Below are positions 20,644 through 31,535 of a stretch of DNA of 64,000 nucleotides, in pieces (position 1 is the stretch's first letter; every line of letters begins with the position of its first letter). This stretch comes from Nitrospirota bacterium. GTDB lineage: Bacteria > Nitrospirota > UBA9217. The translations under genes were made by a program, and so were the position numbers. A model generated the notes under the pieces. That model made no database searches. It had not been told where the DNA came from and was given only the letters and a program-made list of their open reading frames with translations. The stretch lies in assembly GCA_963790205.1 (NCBI GenBank), contig CAWBNQ010000003.1:1023022-1087021 (forward strand). The letters run 5' to 3'.

Positions 20644-23190
20644 ATGAGCAAACAAACACCAGTCAGCAAACTGATCTACAGTATTCTCCCCACGGACGTC
20701 GAGGGATTCGACTCCCTGGCCGAGCTTGCCCTGGATCTGCGCTGGTCGTGGAATCATATCGCCGATGAAGTTTGGCAACAGCTCGACACCGACCTGTGGG
20801 AGCTCACGCACAATCCCTGGGCCGTGCTGCAGGCGGTCTCCCGGGACAAACTTCAGCGCGTGTCAGCAGATCCCGTTTTTCGCAAAAGGGTCGATGACCT
20901 CGTGCAAGCCAGGCGTCAGGCGGCAAAAGCCCCTGCCTGGTTCCAGCACGAGCATTCGAAGTCCCCCCTTACCCGTGTAGCCTATTTCAGCATGGAATTC
21001 ATGTTGAGTGAAGCTCTGCCCATCTACTCCGGCGGACTCGGCAATGTGGCCGGCGATCAGCTCAAATCGGCCAGTGATCTGGGTGTGCCGGTGGTCGGCG
21101 TGGGCCTGCTCTACCAGCAAGGCTATTTTCGGCAGGTGCTCGACAAGGACGGTGCGCAACAGGCCCTTTTCCCTTACAACGATCCCGGCCAATTGCCCAT
21201 CACGCCGTTGCGCGAGGCGAACGGGGAATGGTTGCGGCTGAAGCTCGACTTGCCCGGCTACCCGGTCTGGCTGCGCGCCTGGCAGGTCCAGGTCGGCCGG
21301 GTGCACCTTTACCTGCTCGACAGCAACGACCCCGCGAACCTCCCCGCTCACCGGGGCATTGCCAGCGAGCTTTACGGGGGCGGGCCGGAGTTGCGGCTGA
21401 AACAAGAGATAATGCTCGGGATCGGCGGATGGCGCTTGCTCCGCTCGCTCGGTATTCAGCCGGAAGTCTGTCACCTGAATGAAGGACATGCTGCCTTCGC
21501 CATTTTGGAGCGGGCCCTGAGTTTCATGCAGGAGACAGGGCAGGCCTTCGAAGCGGCACTGGCCGTCACGCGAGCGGGCAATCTCTTCACCACCCACACA
21601 GCGGTGGCTGCCGGCTTCGACCGCTTTGCTCCGGCCCTCATCGAACAATACCTCGGCGGCTATGCCGAACAGAAACTCGGCATCACCCTTCACGATCTGC
21701 TGGGCCTCGGCCGGCAGAGTCCGGATGACCCGTCAGAAAGCTTCAACATGGCCTATCTGGCGATCCGCGGAAGCGGGGCAATCAATGGCGTGAGCCGTTT
21801 GCACGGAAAAGTGAGCCGGCAGCTTTTTGAGCCTCTTTTCCCGCACTGGCCGCAAGACGAAGTGCCTGTCGGGTCTGTGACCAACGGAGTTCACATGCCG
21901 AGCTGGGACTCGGCGCCGGCCGATGAGCTTTGGACGGAAGCCTGTGGAAAAGACCGCTGGCAGGGGACAACGGAAACACTGGAGAAGGACATTCGCCGCA
22001 TCTCCGACGACAGGCTCTGGAAATTTCGCACAGCAGCCGGAAAGTCTCTCATTCAATATGCTCGCGAACGATTGTCCCGGGAGCTGGCCGCCTCAGGCGC
22101 GTCACCCGAGGCGGTCAACGAGGCGAAGCGCCTCTTCGATCCCAACGCGTTGACGCTGGGCTTCGCACGCCGCTTCGCAACCTACAAGAGACCGAACCTG
22201 CTGCTGCACGATCCGGAGCGGCTGCTTCGCCTGCTATCCGATCCGGATCGCCCGGTGCAGCTCATCATTGCCGGCAAGGCCCATCCGGCGGACCAGTCGG
22301 GGCAGTCTTTGATTCAGCAGTGGACCCATTTCATCCGTCGGCCCGAGGCGCGGCCCCATGCGATTTTCCTCAGTGATTACGACATGCTTTTGACCGAACA
22401 CCTGGTGCAGGGGGTAGATGTCTGGATCAACACGCCGCGCCGCCCCTGGGAGGCCTGCGGAACGAGCGGCATGAAGGTGCTCGTCAACGGCGGCATCAAC
22501 CTGTCGGAGCTTGACGGCTGGTGGGCGGAAGCCTACACGCCTGAAACGGGGTGGGCGCTGGGAGACGGCAGGGAACATGGCGACGATCCGGCCTGGGACG
22601 CTGTCGAGGCCGGGGCCCTCTACGACCTGCTCGAACGCCAGGTGGTCCCCGAGTTCTATACTCGCGACAAGAAGGGCATCCCCACTGCCTGGGTGGCGCG
22701 GATGCGTGAAAGCATGGCGTGTCTGACCCCCCGCTTCTCCGCCAACCGCGCGGTGCGCGAATACACTGAGCAACACTACGTCCCGGCTGCTGTAATTTAT
22801 CGCAAACGAGCTGCAAGTCAAGGGGCCGTGGGCAGACAGGTGGTAGATTGGCGTCATCAGGTGGAGCAAAAATGGGCAGAACTCCACTTCGGCGAAGTGA
22901 AGATCGAGACCAACGGGAAGCAACATGTATTCTTGGTCCAGGTCTATCTCAATGACCTCGACCCGAAGGCGGTGCGTGTAGAGCTTTATGCCGACGGCGC
23001 TAACGGCGGCGGTCCGGTGCGGCAGGAGATGAAGCTCCTTCGCCGGCCTGCGGGCGAGTCGGACGTCCACGTTTACAGCGCGACAATGCCTGCGGCCCGC
23101 CCGGCGACGGACTATACGGCGCGGGTGATACCGCACCGTGACGGAGTGACGGTTCCTCTGGAAGCCGCTTATATCCTGTGGCAGCGCTGA
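20644..23190 (+). CDS. glgP: Alpha-glucan (glycogen) phosphorylase
   Basis: YSGGLGNVAGD, HLNEGH, RRFATYKR, GKAHP and PLP motif EACGTSGMK. Confidence 0.95.
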   Translation: MSKQTPVSKLIYSILPTDVEGFDSLAELALDLRWSWNHIADEVWQQLDTDLWELTHNPWAVLQAVSRDKLQRVSADPVFRKRVDDLVQARRQAAKAPAWFQHEHSKSPLTRVAYFSMEFMLSEALPIYSGGLGNVAGDQLKSASDLGVPVVGVGLLYQQGYFRQVLDKDGAQQALFPYNDPGQLPITPLREANGEWLRLKLDLPGYPVWLRAWQVQVGRVHLYLLDSNDPANLPAHRGIASELYGGGPELRLKQEIMLGIGGWRLLRSLGIQPEVCHLNEGHAAFAILERALSFMQETGQAFEAALAVTRAGNLFTTHTAVAAGFDRFAPALIEQYLGGYAEQKLGITLHDLLGLGRQSPDDPSESFNMAYLAIRGSGAINGVSRLHGKVSRQLFEPLFPHWPQDEVPVGSVTNGVHMPSWDSAPADELWTEACGKDRWQGTTETLEKDIRRISDDRLWKFRTAAGKSLIQYARERLSRELAASGASPEAVNEAKRLFDPNALTLGFARRFATYKRPNLLLHDPERLLRLLSDPDRPVQLIIAGKAHPADQSGQSLIQQWTHFIRRPEARPHAIFLSDYDMLLTEHLVQGVDVWINTPRRPWEACGTSGMKVLVNGGINLSELDGWWAEAYTPETGWALGDGREHGDDPAWDAVEAGALYDLLERQVVPEFYTRDKKGIPTAWVARMRESMACLTPRFSANRAVREYTEQHYVPAAVIYRKRAASQGAVGRQVVDWRHQVEQKWAELHFGEVKIETNGKQHVFLVQVYLNDLDPKAVRVELYADGANGGGPVRQEMKLLRRPAGESDVHVYSATMPAARPATDYTARVIPHRDGVTVPLEAAYILWQR

Positions 23191-23212
23191 TCCGACGATG
23201 GAGAAAAAGATG

Positions 23213-23270
23213 ATGAAGAAAGCGACTGCGATCACCTGCATATTTCCGGATATCGGCGGTGTCCTGCCGC
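23213..23270 (+). pseudogene. Remnant of a HAD phosphatase N-terminus
   Basis: MMKKATAITCIFPDIGGVL resembles HAD motif I (FxDxGGVL); the similarity ends right after. Confidence 0.45.
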
Positions 23271-23286
23271 TGGACGAGGAGGCGTT

Positions 23287-23844
23287 ATGGTGAAAGGTAT
23301 GGTTTTGGGAGTCGCGTTAACGCTTGCCGTTCTCCTGATCGGCGCTTACTTGCTGGTGCGAAGCGGGCTTATTCCGGCCAATGCCGATGCAAAACCCGGT
23401 CGGGTGGAAACCTGGATGGCGCATACTTCGCTGAATGCGACACTGCGACGTGACGCCCCCAAGGGCCAAAATCCGGTGGCGTTAACCGAGCAGAATCTCT
23501 TCAATGGTGTCCATCTTTTCGCTCAAAACTGCGCGATTTGCCATGGTTCCGCGAAGGGGGTTGCGTCGGCATCACCGATAGCGAAAGGGCTTTATCAAAA
23601 GCCGCCGCAACTGGCGACAGAGGGGGTTGAAGACGATCCGGAAGGTGTTTCGTTCTGGAAGATCAAACACGGTATCCGTTTGACGGGCATGCCGTCGTTC
23701 GGGGACTCCCTCAGCGACCGGCAGATCTGGACGCTTGCGCTTTTCCTGAAGCACATGGATAAGCTGCCGCCCGCTGTACAGCAGGCGTGGCAGCACGTCC
23801 GGAATTGGCCGGCGACGTCCGTGAACCTGACGGATCAGAAATAG
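23287..23844 (+). CDS. Membrane-anchored monoheme cytochrome c
   Basis: N-terminal TM helix; CAICH; FWKIKHGIRLTGMPSF. Confidence 0.88.
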   Translation: MVKGMVLGVALTLAVLLIGAYLLVRSGLIPANADAKPGRVETWMAHTSLNATLRRDAPKGQNPVALTEQNLFNGVHLFAQNCAICHGSAKGVASASPIAKGLYQKPPQLATEGVEDDPEGVSFWKIKHGIRLTGMPSFGDSLSDRQIWTLALFLKHMDKLPPAVQQAWQHVRNWPATSVNLTDQK

Positions 23845-23920
23845 CTTATGCGACACGCCGAATGAATGAAGATGAAACGCAATCCCGCCAATTTCCGCAA
23901 ACAGTTTTGGAGACAAAAAC

Positions 23921-25348
23921 ATGACCAATACGCAATCGACGCAACGGTATGAAATCGGCATGGTCGGCCTGGGCGTCATGGGGCGCAATCTCGTCCTGAA
24001 TATGGCCGACCACGGCTTTTCAGTGGCGGGCTACGACAGGGACCCAAACCAAGTCGAAGCTCTGCGGAAGGAAACAGCTGGACGCAACATCAGCGGTGCG
24101 GCGAGCATCCATGATTTCATTGCTCTGCTTCGTAAGCCGCGCGCAATAATGATGCTGGTGCCCGCCGGCGTTCCGGTCGATTCGGTCATCAGGGATTTGC
24201 TGCCGTACCTGGACAAGGGCGATCTCATCATCGATGCCGGCAACTCCTACTTCAAAGACACCGATTTGCGCGCCGGCACCCTGGCGGCACGCGGCATCCA
24301 ATTCCTCGGCGTGGGGGTGTCGGGCGGTGAAGAAGGAGCGCGTCACGGACCGAGCATCATGCCCGGCGGGCCGAAAGAGGCCTACGAGCGGGTCCGTCCC
24401 GTTTTCGAAGCTGCTGCCGCGAAGGTCAACGGCGATCCGTGCGTGACCTGGTTAGGCCCCGGCTCGGCAGGTCACTTCGTGAAGATGGTCCACAACGGCA
24501 TCGAATACGGCGTCATGCAATTGATCGCTGAAACCTACGACCTGATGAAGCGCGGTCTTGGCTTGAACGATGACGAATTGCATGACGTGTTCAGCGCATG
24601 GAACAGCGGTGAACTGAACGGCTACCTGATGGAAATCACCGGCCATATTTTTTCCAAAAAGGACGTGAAGACCGGCAAGCGCATGATCGACGAAATCCTC
24701 GACGTGGCCAAGCAGAAAGGCACCGGCATGTGGACCTCGCAGAGCGCAATGGAACTGCAGGTGCCGATTCCGACCATCGACCTGGCCGTAGCGATGCGGG
24801 ACTTGTCCGTGTTCGCGAAGGAACGGGAACAAGCCGGCGCGATCTATCAGCGATCCCTGCGGCGCTTCACCGGCGACCGCGACACGTTTCTCACGCAACT
24901 GGGCCGCGCCCTTTTTGCCGGGATGATTATCATCTATGCACAAGGCATGGCGCTTTTGGCGGCAGCTTCGGTCAAATACGAGTATCACCTGGACCTTGAA
25001 GCCGTGTCGCGGATCTGGCGGGGCGGCTGTATCATCCGCGCCGCGCTGCTGGAAGACATCTGCGCGGCGTTCCACGCGAGGCGTGATCTGCCGAATTTGT
25101 TGCTGGATCCCAACTTGTCGCTCAAGGTCATGGAGCATCAGGAAGACTTGCGCAGGGTGGTGTCCCAGGCGGCCGAGTCAGGGGTGCCGGCCCCTGGGCT
25201 GATGGTTTCATTGGGTTATCTCGACGCCTATCGCAGCGCCTGGCTGCCGGCCAATCTCATCCAGGCCCAGCGCGACTATTTCGGGGCCCACACCTATGAA
25301 CGGATCGATGCCAAAGGCGCGTTTCACACGGAATGGGAGAAAGAATGA
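23921..25348 (+). CDS. gndA: NADP-dependent 6-phosphogluconate dehydrogenase
   Basis: GLGVMG, VSGGEEGA, KMVHNGIEY, QKGTG, QAQRDYFGAHTY. Confidence 0.96.
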   Translation: MTNTQSTQRYEIGMVGLGVMGRNLVLNMADHGFSVAGYDRDPNQVEALRKETAGRNISGAASIHDFIALLRKPRAIMMLVPAGVPVDSVIRDLLPYLDKGDLIIDAGNSYFKDTDLRAGTLAARGIQFLGVGVSGGEEGARHGPSIMPGGPKEAYERVRPVFEAAAAKVNGDPCVTWLGPGSAGHFVKMVHNGIEYGVMQLIAETYDLMKRGLGLNDDELHDVFSAWNSGELNGYLMEITGHIFSKKDVKTGKRMIDEILDVAKQKGTGMWTSQSAMELQVPIPTIDLAVAMRDLSVFAKEREQAGAIYQRSLRRFTGDRDTFLTQLGRALFAGMIIIYAQGMALLAAASVKYEYHLDLEAVSRIWRGGCIIRAALLEDICAAFHARRDLPNLLLDPNLSLKVMEHQEDLRRVVSQAAESGVPAPGLMVSLGYLDAYRSAWLPANLIQAQRDYFGAHTYERIDAKGAFHTEWEKE

Positions 25349-26889
25349 GAACCATGCCTTTGAATGACCGACTCGAACCGACTGTCTTCGTCATTTTTGG
25401 CGGAGCCGGTGACCTGGCCTGGCGGAAACTTGTACCGGCCCTGTTTGACCTCTCCCAGGACCAAAGAATGCCCGCTGATTTTTCGGTCATCGCTGTGGAT
25501 CGTGTTGACATGAGCGACGAAAAGCTGCGCCGACATCTCCACGACGGCGTCAAGAAGTTCTCGCGCCAGGGAATGGTCAAAACCGGCGAATGGGAAGGGT
25601 TTTCAAGGCATCTCCACTACGAGCAGGGCGATTTCAAGAAACTGCAAATGTACACGGCCTTGGGCGAACAATGCGCGAAACGGGAAAAGGAATGGGGCGC
25701 CAAAACCCACCGCATCTTTTACCTGGCCACACCGCCGAGCATGTTCGGCGAAATCCCAAAATACCTCGGCAAGGCCGGACTGGCGCATGACCGGGAATGG
25801 GCGCGGATTGTGGTCGAGAAACCGATCGGCCATGACCTGGAATCCGCCCGCGCCCTGAATGCCGTCCTCGCCGCCAGTTTCGAAGAATCGCAGATCTTCC
25901 GCATTGACCATTATTTGGGCAAGGAAACGGTGCAGAACATTCTGGCCTTTCGCTTTGCCAATCCGCTCTTCGAGCCGATCTGGAACCGGCGTTACGTGGA
26001 CTACGTGACCATCACCGTGGCCGAAGAGGTCGGCGTAGAGCATCGAGGCGGTTATTACGACCACGCCGGAGCCCTGCGTGACATGGTGCAGAATCACCTG
26101 ATGCAGCTGCTCTGTCTCGTTGCGATGGAACCGATGGTCTCCTTCGAAGCCGACGAGATTCGCAACAAAAAAGTGGATGTCCTCCACGCCGTTCGCCCGA
26201 TTCATCCCGACGCAGTCCACCAATGCGCCGTGCGCGGGCAATACGGCCAGGGTTGGGTCGGCGGCAAAAAAATTCCCGGCTACCGCGAAGAAGACGGTGT
26301 GTCGCCTGGTTCCCAAACTGAGACGTTTGCCGCACTCAGGCTGTTCGTCGACAACTGGCGCTGGCAGGGCGTGCCTTTCTACCTCCGCACCGGGAAGCGG
26401 CTCACCAGGCAGGCCTCGGAAATTACGATCCAGTTTCGCGGAGTGCCGCATCAGGCATTTCCGGCTGAGTCCACTCTCGATTGGCAGTCGTCCCGGCTGG
26501 TGATGTCCATCCAGCCCGACGAAGGCATTGTGCTGCGCTTCCAGGCCAAAAACCCCGGACCAAAGATGCACCTGCGCTCCGTGGAGATGCAGTTTAATTA
26601 CCAGGACGCCTTTGCCGCCCGGTCGTCTGACGCTTACGAAACGCTGCTCTGGGACGTAATGAAGAATGACGCGACCTTGTTCATGCGCGCCGATCAGGTG
26701 GAGGCCGCCTGGCGGTTGTTGATGCCGGTGATCGAGGTCTGGGCCGCGGCCCCGCCCGGTGATTTCCCCAATTACGCCGCAGGCGCCTGGGGACCGGAGG
26801 ACGCTCAGGGGTTGCTTGCTCAGGGACACAGTTGGCCGTTGCCTACCGAATTGGGCGGGCATTGCGGGAAGAAGGGAAGGAATCCGTGA
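25345..26889 (+). CDS. zwf: Glucose-6-phosphate 1-dehydrogenase
   Basis: GGAGDLA, EKPIG, RIDHYLGKE, DMVQNH, YLRTGKR; ATGA overlap with gndA. Confidence 0.96.
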   Translation: MRTMPLNDRLEPTVFVIFGGAGDLAWRKLVPALFDLSQDQRMPADFSVIAVDRVDMSDEKLRRHLHDGVKKFSRQGMVKTGEWEGFSRHLHYEQGDFKKLQMYTALGEQCAKREKEWGAKTHRIFYLATPPSMFGEIPKYLGKAGLAHDREWARIVVEKPIGHDLESARALNAVLAASFEESQIFRIDHYLGKETVQNILAFRFANPLFEPIWNRRYVDYVTITVAEEVGVEHRGGYYDHAGALRDMVQNHLMQLLCLVAMEPMVSFEADEIRNKKVDVLHAVRPIHPDAVHQCAVRGQYGQGWVGGKKIPGYREEDGVSPGSQTETFAALRLFVDNWRWQGVPFYLRTGKRLTRQASEITIQFRGVPHQAFPAESTLDWQSSRLVMSIQPDEGIVLRFQAKNPGPKMHLRSVEMQFNYQDAFAARSSDAYETLLWDVMKNDATLFMRADQVEAAWRLLMPVIEVWAAAPPGDFPNYAAGAWGPEDAQGLLAQGHSWPLPTELGGHCGKKGRNP

Positions 26890-27782
26890 CTCGATATGGT
26901 ACACAATATCCGATCGTATGATAATCCTGATCATCGCGTCGGCGGCACAAGCCACACGTAATCAGCAGTGGTAGACGGTGCCTTTAGGTGCGGACTTCAA
27001 AACAATGCGCGATTATTGTCGCGTGAAACTTCAGCGCAGTTCTGGCTGAAGTCTTGAAAAGGGGCTCTTTATTCCGGGTTGAATACTTCATTTTTAAGAA
27101 GAACATTCTCTGTGCGGTTTATTGATAAAAATTGGGAAGAGTAAAATCATGGCAAAAGCGTTTGGTTGTAGATATACTCAACAACAAGCGGATGTTTCCG
27201 ATTTTCAGGAACTTCTCTGAGCTCTGGGGTAAAAGATTTTTGACATTACCTGACCGGTAGTGTCAAAAGTTTTATGAAAGCAGAAGAGATAAATATGAAA
27301 CCACAGAGGGCGTTGAGGAATGCTTGGGGGAAATCTGAACACCTTGAGTTTACTTATCAATAAGATACCCGGTGTTCTCGTGATTTAAGGAAAACGAATA
27401 ACCAACGGAACAGCAGTAAAGCCAGGGCGCAGAGAGGGAGGGAGGACGCAGAGGTAATTCCTCCATAAATTACCCCTAGCGGAACAATACTGCCCCGGTC
27501 CGCCGAGGCGCAGCGAATGGACGCATTCCTAACGAAACGATGACGAACAAAAAATCCGAAAGGAGGCATACTATGCAAGACATTAATGGTATTCTTGTCG
27601 TCAACAGAATGACCACAGGCGTTCGTCAGCGGGGTCCTTGCATCGTCCGCGCCAATCTGCGTCGAATGGGTGATGGATCTTAGAGAATGCCCTTGGTCGA
27701 ACCAGGGAGCCAAAGCATGAGTCCTTGTTTTTCTAGAAACTAATCGAGAAACTGCCCCGGAGATAAAGAAAGGAGACATCTC

Positions 27783-29093
27783 ATGTATCCCATATGGGAA
27801 GTGCCCCACGCGAGCGCCGGCATTCTCCTGGCTATGATCGCCACGTTCCACATCCTGCCGTCCCACCTTTCCGTCGGCGCAATGTGGATAAACGTCTTCA
27901 TAGAAACGAAGGCGTACCGGGAAAACCGGCCGGAACTGCTCGAGTTCATCAAGAAATACACGCTGCTCCTGCTGGTATTCGCCTACGTGTTCGGTTCGCT
28001 GAGCGGCGTCGGGATCTGGTACGCGGCCACGGTGGCGAACCCGAGAGGCATATCGGGACTGATCCATAACTACGTCTGGGGGTGGGCTTCGGAGTGGGTC
28101 TTCTTCATCGTTGAAGTGACGGGGATCTTCATTTACTACTATACCCTGGGCAAGGTCGACCGGAAAACCCACCTGAAGATCGGCTGGATCTTCACCGTCT
28201 CCTCATGGATCACCATGGTGATCATCACCGGCATCCTGTCGTTCATGCTTTCCTCCGGGAAATGGCCCGAGACCGGCGGCTTTTTCGACGGGTTCTTCAA
28301 CCAGACCTACTGGCCGCAGCTTTTTTTGAGGACCACCGTCATGTTCGGGATATCCGCGGCCTATGCCTTAGCAGTGGCTTCGCGCCTCAGGAACGACGAG
28401 ACCAGAAGACTCGTGGTAAAGACGGCCTCGCAGTGGGGTTTTGCCGGGCTGCTGCTCGCAAGCGGCGCGCTGTTCTGGTATTTGCAAGCGCTTCCGGAAG
28501 CTGCGCGCGGCCTTATCGGAATGATCGTTCCCGCCGGGCTGAAGACAGGGCTCCTTGTTTCCTGGGGAGCGATGCTCGCCTATTTCCTGTTCGCCAGGCT
28601 GCAACCGCTGGCTGTTCGCCTGGTCCCGGCAATCCTGGCCATTCTGGTCCTTTTCGTCGGGATATGGTCCGCGGAAAGGACCAGGGAGATGATCCGCAAA
28701 CCCTATGTCATCTCGTCCTACATGTATTCGAACCAGATCATCGGTCATGACATTCCGGCAAAAGGGGTGAAGGCAGAAAGAGACCGGATAAACGAAGAAG
28801 GCATTCTCCGGGTTTCTCCCTTTGTGCCCGAGGGGCTGCGTACGATAACCGACGCCAATCGTCTCCAGGCTGGAAGAATGATCGCCCTTATCGAGTGCTC
28901 GGCGTGCCACGTGCTCCAGCAAACGGGGCTGCGCCCCCTTCCCCAAATGGTGAAGAGGCTGAACCTGACGGATGCGGAAGTTGCCGGGAACGTCCTGACC
29001 GCGCTTGACGGGTTCCCGTACATGCCGCCCTTTGCCGGTACCGAGGCGGAGAAGGCCGCCCTGGCGGCATTTCTCGTTTCCCTGAACAAATAA
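27783..29093 (+). CDS. Cytochrome bd-like oxidoreductase subunit I with a fused C-terminal heme c domain
   Basis: TFHILPSH, GSLSGVGIW, WASEWVFF, ERTREMIRKPY and C-terminal CSACH..YMPPF. Confidence 0.8.
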   Translation: MYPIWEVPHASAGILLAMIATFHILPSHLSVGAMWINVFIETKAYRENRPELLEFIKKYTLLLLVFAYVFGSLSGVGIWYAATVANPRGISGLIHNYVWGWASEWVFFIVEVTGIFIYYYTLGKVDRKTHLKIGWIFTVSSWITMVIITGILSFMLSSGKWPETGGFFDGFFNQTYWPQLFLRTTVMFGISAAYALAVASRLRNDETRRLVVKTASQWGFAGLLLASGALFWYLQALPEAARGLIGMIVPAGLKTGLLVSWGAMLAYFLFARLQPLAVRLVPAILAILVLFVGIWSAERTREMIRKPYVISSYMYSNQIIGHDIPAKGVKAERDRINEEGILRVSPFVPEGLRTITDANRLQAGRMIALIECSACHVLQQTGLRPLPQMVKRLNLTDAEVAGNVLTALDGFPYMPPFAGTEAEKAALAAFLVSLNK

Positions 29094-29103
29094 GGAGGAG
29101 GCT

Positions 29104-30318
29104 ATGGATATCGGAACGATGGTGAAAACGCTGCAGGACCCCATGGGGATCCCTTTTTATCCGATTCTCTTTCAGATTTTGATGGTCCTCACCTTCGCGG
29201 TTCACATCACGTTCGTGAACTTCACGCTGGGGCTGTCCTTCTTCTCCGCATACGGGTTCGTCCGGGGCAGCGGGCCCTGGGGGGGCTTGTCCCGGTCTCT
29301 CGCAAAAGCGACCACCCCGAATGCTTCGCTGGCGATCCTCTTCGGCATTGCGCCGCTCCTGTTCATGCAGGTGGTGTACGATCCCTTCTGGTATGCGTCC
29401 AACGTGCTTTCCGCCGCCTGGGCACTGGGGTTTATCCTGGTCCTGATGCTCGGCTACGGTTTAACGTACGTCTTTTACCTGAAGGGGGGGCCGGGCAGGG
29501 GGGGCGGTTTTGCCGTGATCGCGTTCCTGTCCTTTGCTCTTTTTCTGCTCGCCGGCGTCATTATGCACGTCCTTGGATACCAGCTTCTTCAGCCGGAGAA
29601 ATGGCTCCAGTGGTATGTGCAGGGCAACGGTGTTGATGCATCGGGGACCTCTTTGCACGCCTTTCAGCTCCCGAGGTTCCTGCATTTCGTGGTCCCCTCC
29701 TTTGCCATGGCGGGGCTGTTCCTGATGCTGTACGCGTGGTATTTCAAGGACAGATCGGACAAGGACAGGGAGCAGCTCGCATGGGTCGCCCGCACGGGCG
29801 CGGGAATTGCGTTCTTTTTTACGACACTCCAGGCGCTCGTCGGCGTATGGTGGCTGTTCAGCCTGCCTCCGGAGTTTCGATTCTTTACGAACCCCTTCTT
29901 TTTGGTCGCGGCGGGAATGGGCGTTTTGCTCCTGTTCTTTCTGTACCGCGCCAGGAAAGATCCTTTTCGATACGCGGTGCCCGTGGCCGTATGGGTGTTC
30001 CTGACCATTTTCGCCATGTCCTCCGCCCGGGAGGTCCTGAGGATGAAGTATGTGGGGCGGTTCGGATATTCGATCTTCGACCACAAGGTGAACCTTGACC
30101 TCGGGAGCACGGCCCTGTTTCTCTGCACGTTCCTCGCCGGCGTGTTCATCGTGAGCTATCCGGTGTACGTCGCCTATGCCTCGGGCAGGACTGCGGGGCA
30201 ATACGCTGCTTCGTCCGTTGTGCACCAGTGGGGGAGAGCCGTCCTCGGCCTGCTCCTTCTCTGGATCGCGGCCGTGGTCGGTCTGGGCATCGTCATTTCA
30301 GTAAAAAATTACCTTTAG
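29104..30318 (+). CDS. CydA-paralogous membrane subunit partnering the bd-like subunit I
   Basis: About 10 TM helices; TFAVHITFVN, GIAPLLF, PRFLHF; AGGAGG RBS directly after the previous gene. Confidence 0.65.
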   Translation: MDIGTMVKTLQDPMGIPFYPILFQILMVLTFAVHITFVNFTLGLSFFSAYGFVRGSGPWGGLSRSLAKATTPNASLAILFGIAPLLFMQVVYDPFWYASNVLSAAWALGFILVLMLGYGLTYVFYLKGGPGRGGGFAVIAFLSFALFLLAGVIMHVLGYQLLQPEKWLQWYVQGNGVDASGTSLHAFQLPRFLHFVVPSFAMAGLFLMLYAWYFKDRSDKDREQLAWVARTGAGIAFFFTTLQALVGVWWLFSLPPEFRFFTNPFFLVAAGMGVLLLFFLYRARKDPFRYAVPVAVWVFLTIFAMSSAREVLRMKYVGRFGYSIFDHKVNLDLGSTALFLCTFLAGVFIVSYPVYVAYASGRTAGQYAASSVVHQWGRAVLGLLLLWIAAVVGLGIVISVKNYL

Positions 30319-30342
30319 GCGTTAGAATGCAAAAGCTCATCT

Positions 30343-31524
30343 ATGAACATAGTGACGATCAACAGCGGATCATCCAGCATTAAGTTCGCACTCTACGCCA
30401 TGGGCGGCGACGAGACGCTGATACTGTCGGGAAGCATAGACGGCATCGGGCTCGCCAAGGGCCGCTTTTATGCCAAAGACGGTTCGGCGAAAAGCGTGAT
30501 CGATAGGGCGTTCGCTCCGCGCGATCACCGTGAGGCCCTGCGCGAAATTATCGATTGGCTCCCTCATGGTTCCTCGGGAAGCGTCGTGAGTGCCGTCGGT
30601 CACCGCCTGGTGCACGGAGGCAGTGCGTACGTCAGGCCTCATTTCATCAATCCCGCTCTTCTGTCGGCGCTTGATGCACTCATTCCTTTTGCACCCGACC
30701 ACCTGCCGCACGAGATCGATGCGATCAAGGTGTGCGAACTCTCCTACCCCGGCGTGAGGCAGGTAGCCTGCTTCGACACCGCGTTCCACCGGACCATGCC
30801 CGAGGTGGCGCAGCGATATGCCCTTCCCGAAGAAGTGCAACGTCACGGCGTGCTGCGCTACGGCTTCCACGGGCTGTCCTACGAGTACATCCTCCAAGAA
30901 CTGAAAAAATCGGCAGGACCGGAAGCGGCCGACGGAAGGGTGATCGTAGCCCATCTCGGCAACGGCGCGAGCATGGGGGCGTTCAGGAACGGGAAAAGCA
31001 TGGATACGACCATGGGGTTCACGCCCGCGGGGGGGCTCGTGATGAGCACGCGCTCCGGCGACCTGGACCCCGGCGTGATCGTGTACCTGCTCAAGGACAA
31101 AGGCATGGATGCCGCCTCGCTGAACCGGATGGTGAACAAAGAGTCAGGGCTCCTGGGGCTCTCGGGGAGAAGCGCCGACATGAAAGACCTGCTTGAGCAG
31201 GAAGCAGCGAATGCGCGTGCTGCCGCGGCAGTGGAGCTGTTCTGCTACCAGGCGAAGAAATTCCTCGGCGCCCTGGCCGCCGTGCTTGGCGGGCTCGACA
31301 CGCTGGTCTTTACCGGCGGCATCGGCGAGAACGCCGCGGCGGTGCGGGAACGCATCTGCGAGGGGCTGGACTTTCTCGGGATTCGCATCGGCAAGGAGCG
31401 CAACCATCACAATGCGCCGGTCGTCTCCCGCGACAACGGCCCTGTTGTGGTCCGGGTGATGAAAACGAACGAGGAACTGATGATCGCCCGGCATACGTAT
31501 CGTCTGATCACTAATAATACCTGA
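30343..31524 (+). CDS. ackA: Acetate kinase
   Basis: [46 protein letters not shown]. Confidence 0.95.
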   Translation: MNIVTINSGSSSIKFALYAMGGDETLILSGSIDGIGLAKGRFYAKDGSAKSVIDRAFAPRDHREALREIIDWLPHGSSGSVVSAVGHRLVHGGSAYVRPHFINPALLSALDALIPFAPDHLPHEIDAIKVCELSYPGVRQVACFDTAFHRTMPEVAQRYALPEEVQRHGVLRYGFHGLSYEYILQELKKSAGPEAADGRVIVAHLGNGASMGAFRNGKSMDTTMGFTPAGGLVMSTRSGDLDPGVIVYLLKDKGMDAASLNRMVNKESGLLGLSGRSADMKDLLEQEAANARAAAAVELFCYQAKKFLGALAAVLGGLDTLVFTGGIGENAAAVRERICEGLDFLGIRIGKERNHHNAPVVSRDNGPVVVRVMKTNEELMIARHTYRLITNNT

Positions 31525-31535
31525 CAGGAGGCCTT

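Noticed and set aside
27405..27500. c-di-GMP-I/GEMM riboswitch (AGTAAAGCC..GGACGCAGAG)
   Set aside because: Only loose similarity; I could not build the P2 stem with GNRA loop or a matching P3. It would need an Infernal scan.
27572..27720. Second universal stress protein gene (MQDINGILVV..)
   Set aside because: It has an RBS and a Usp-like first few residues only; too short and degraded to support as a feature.
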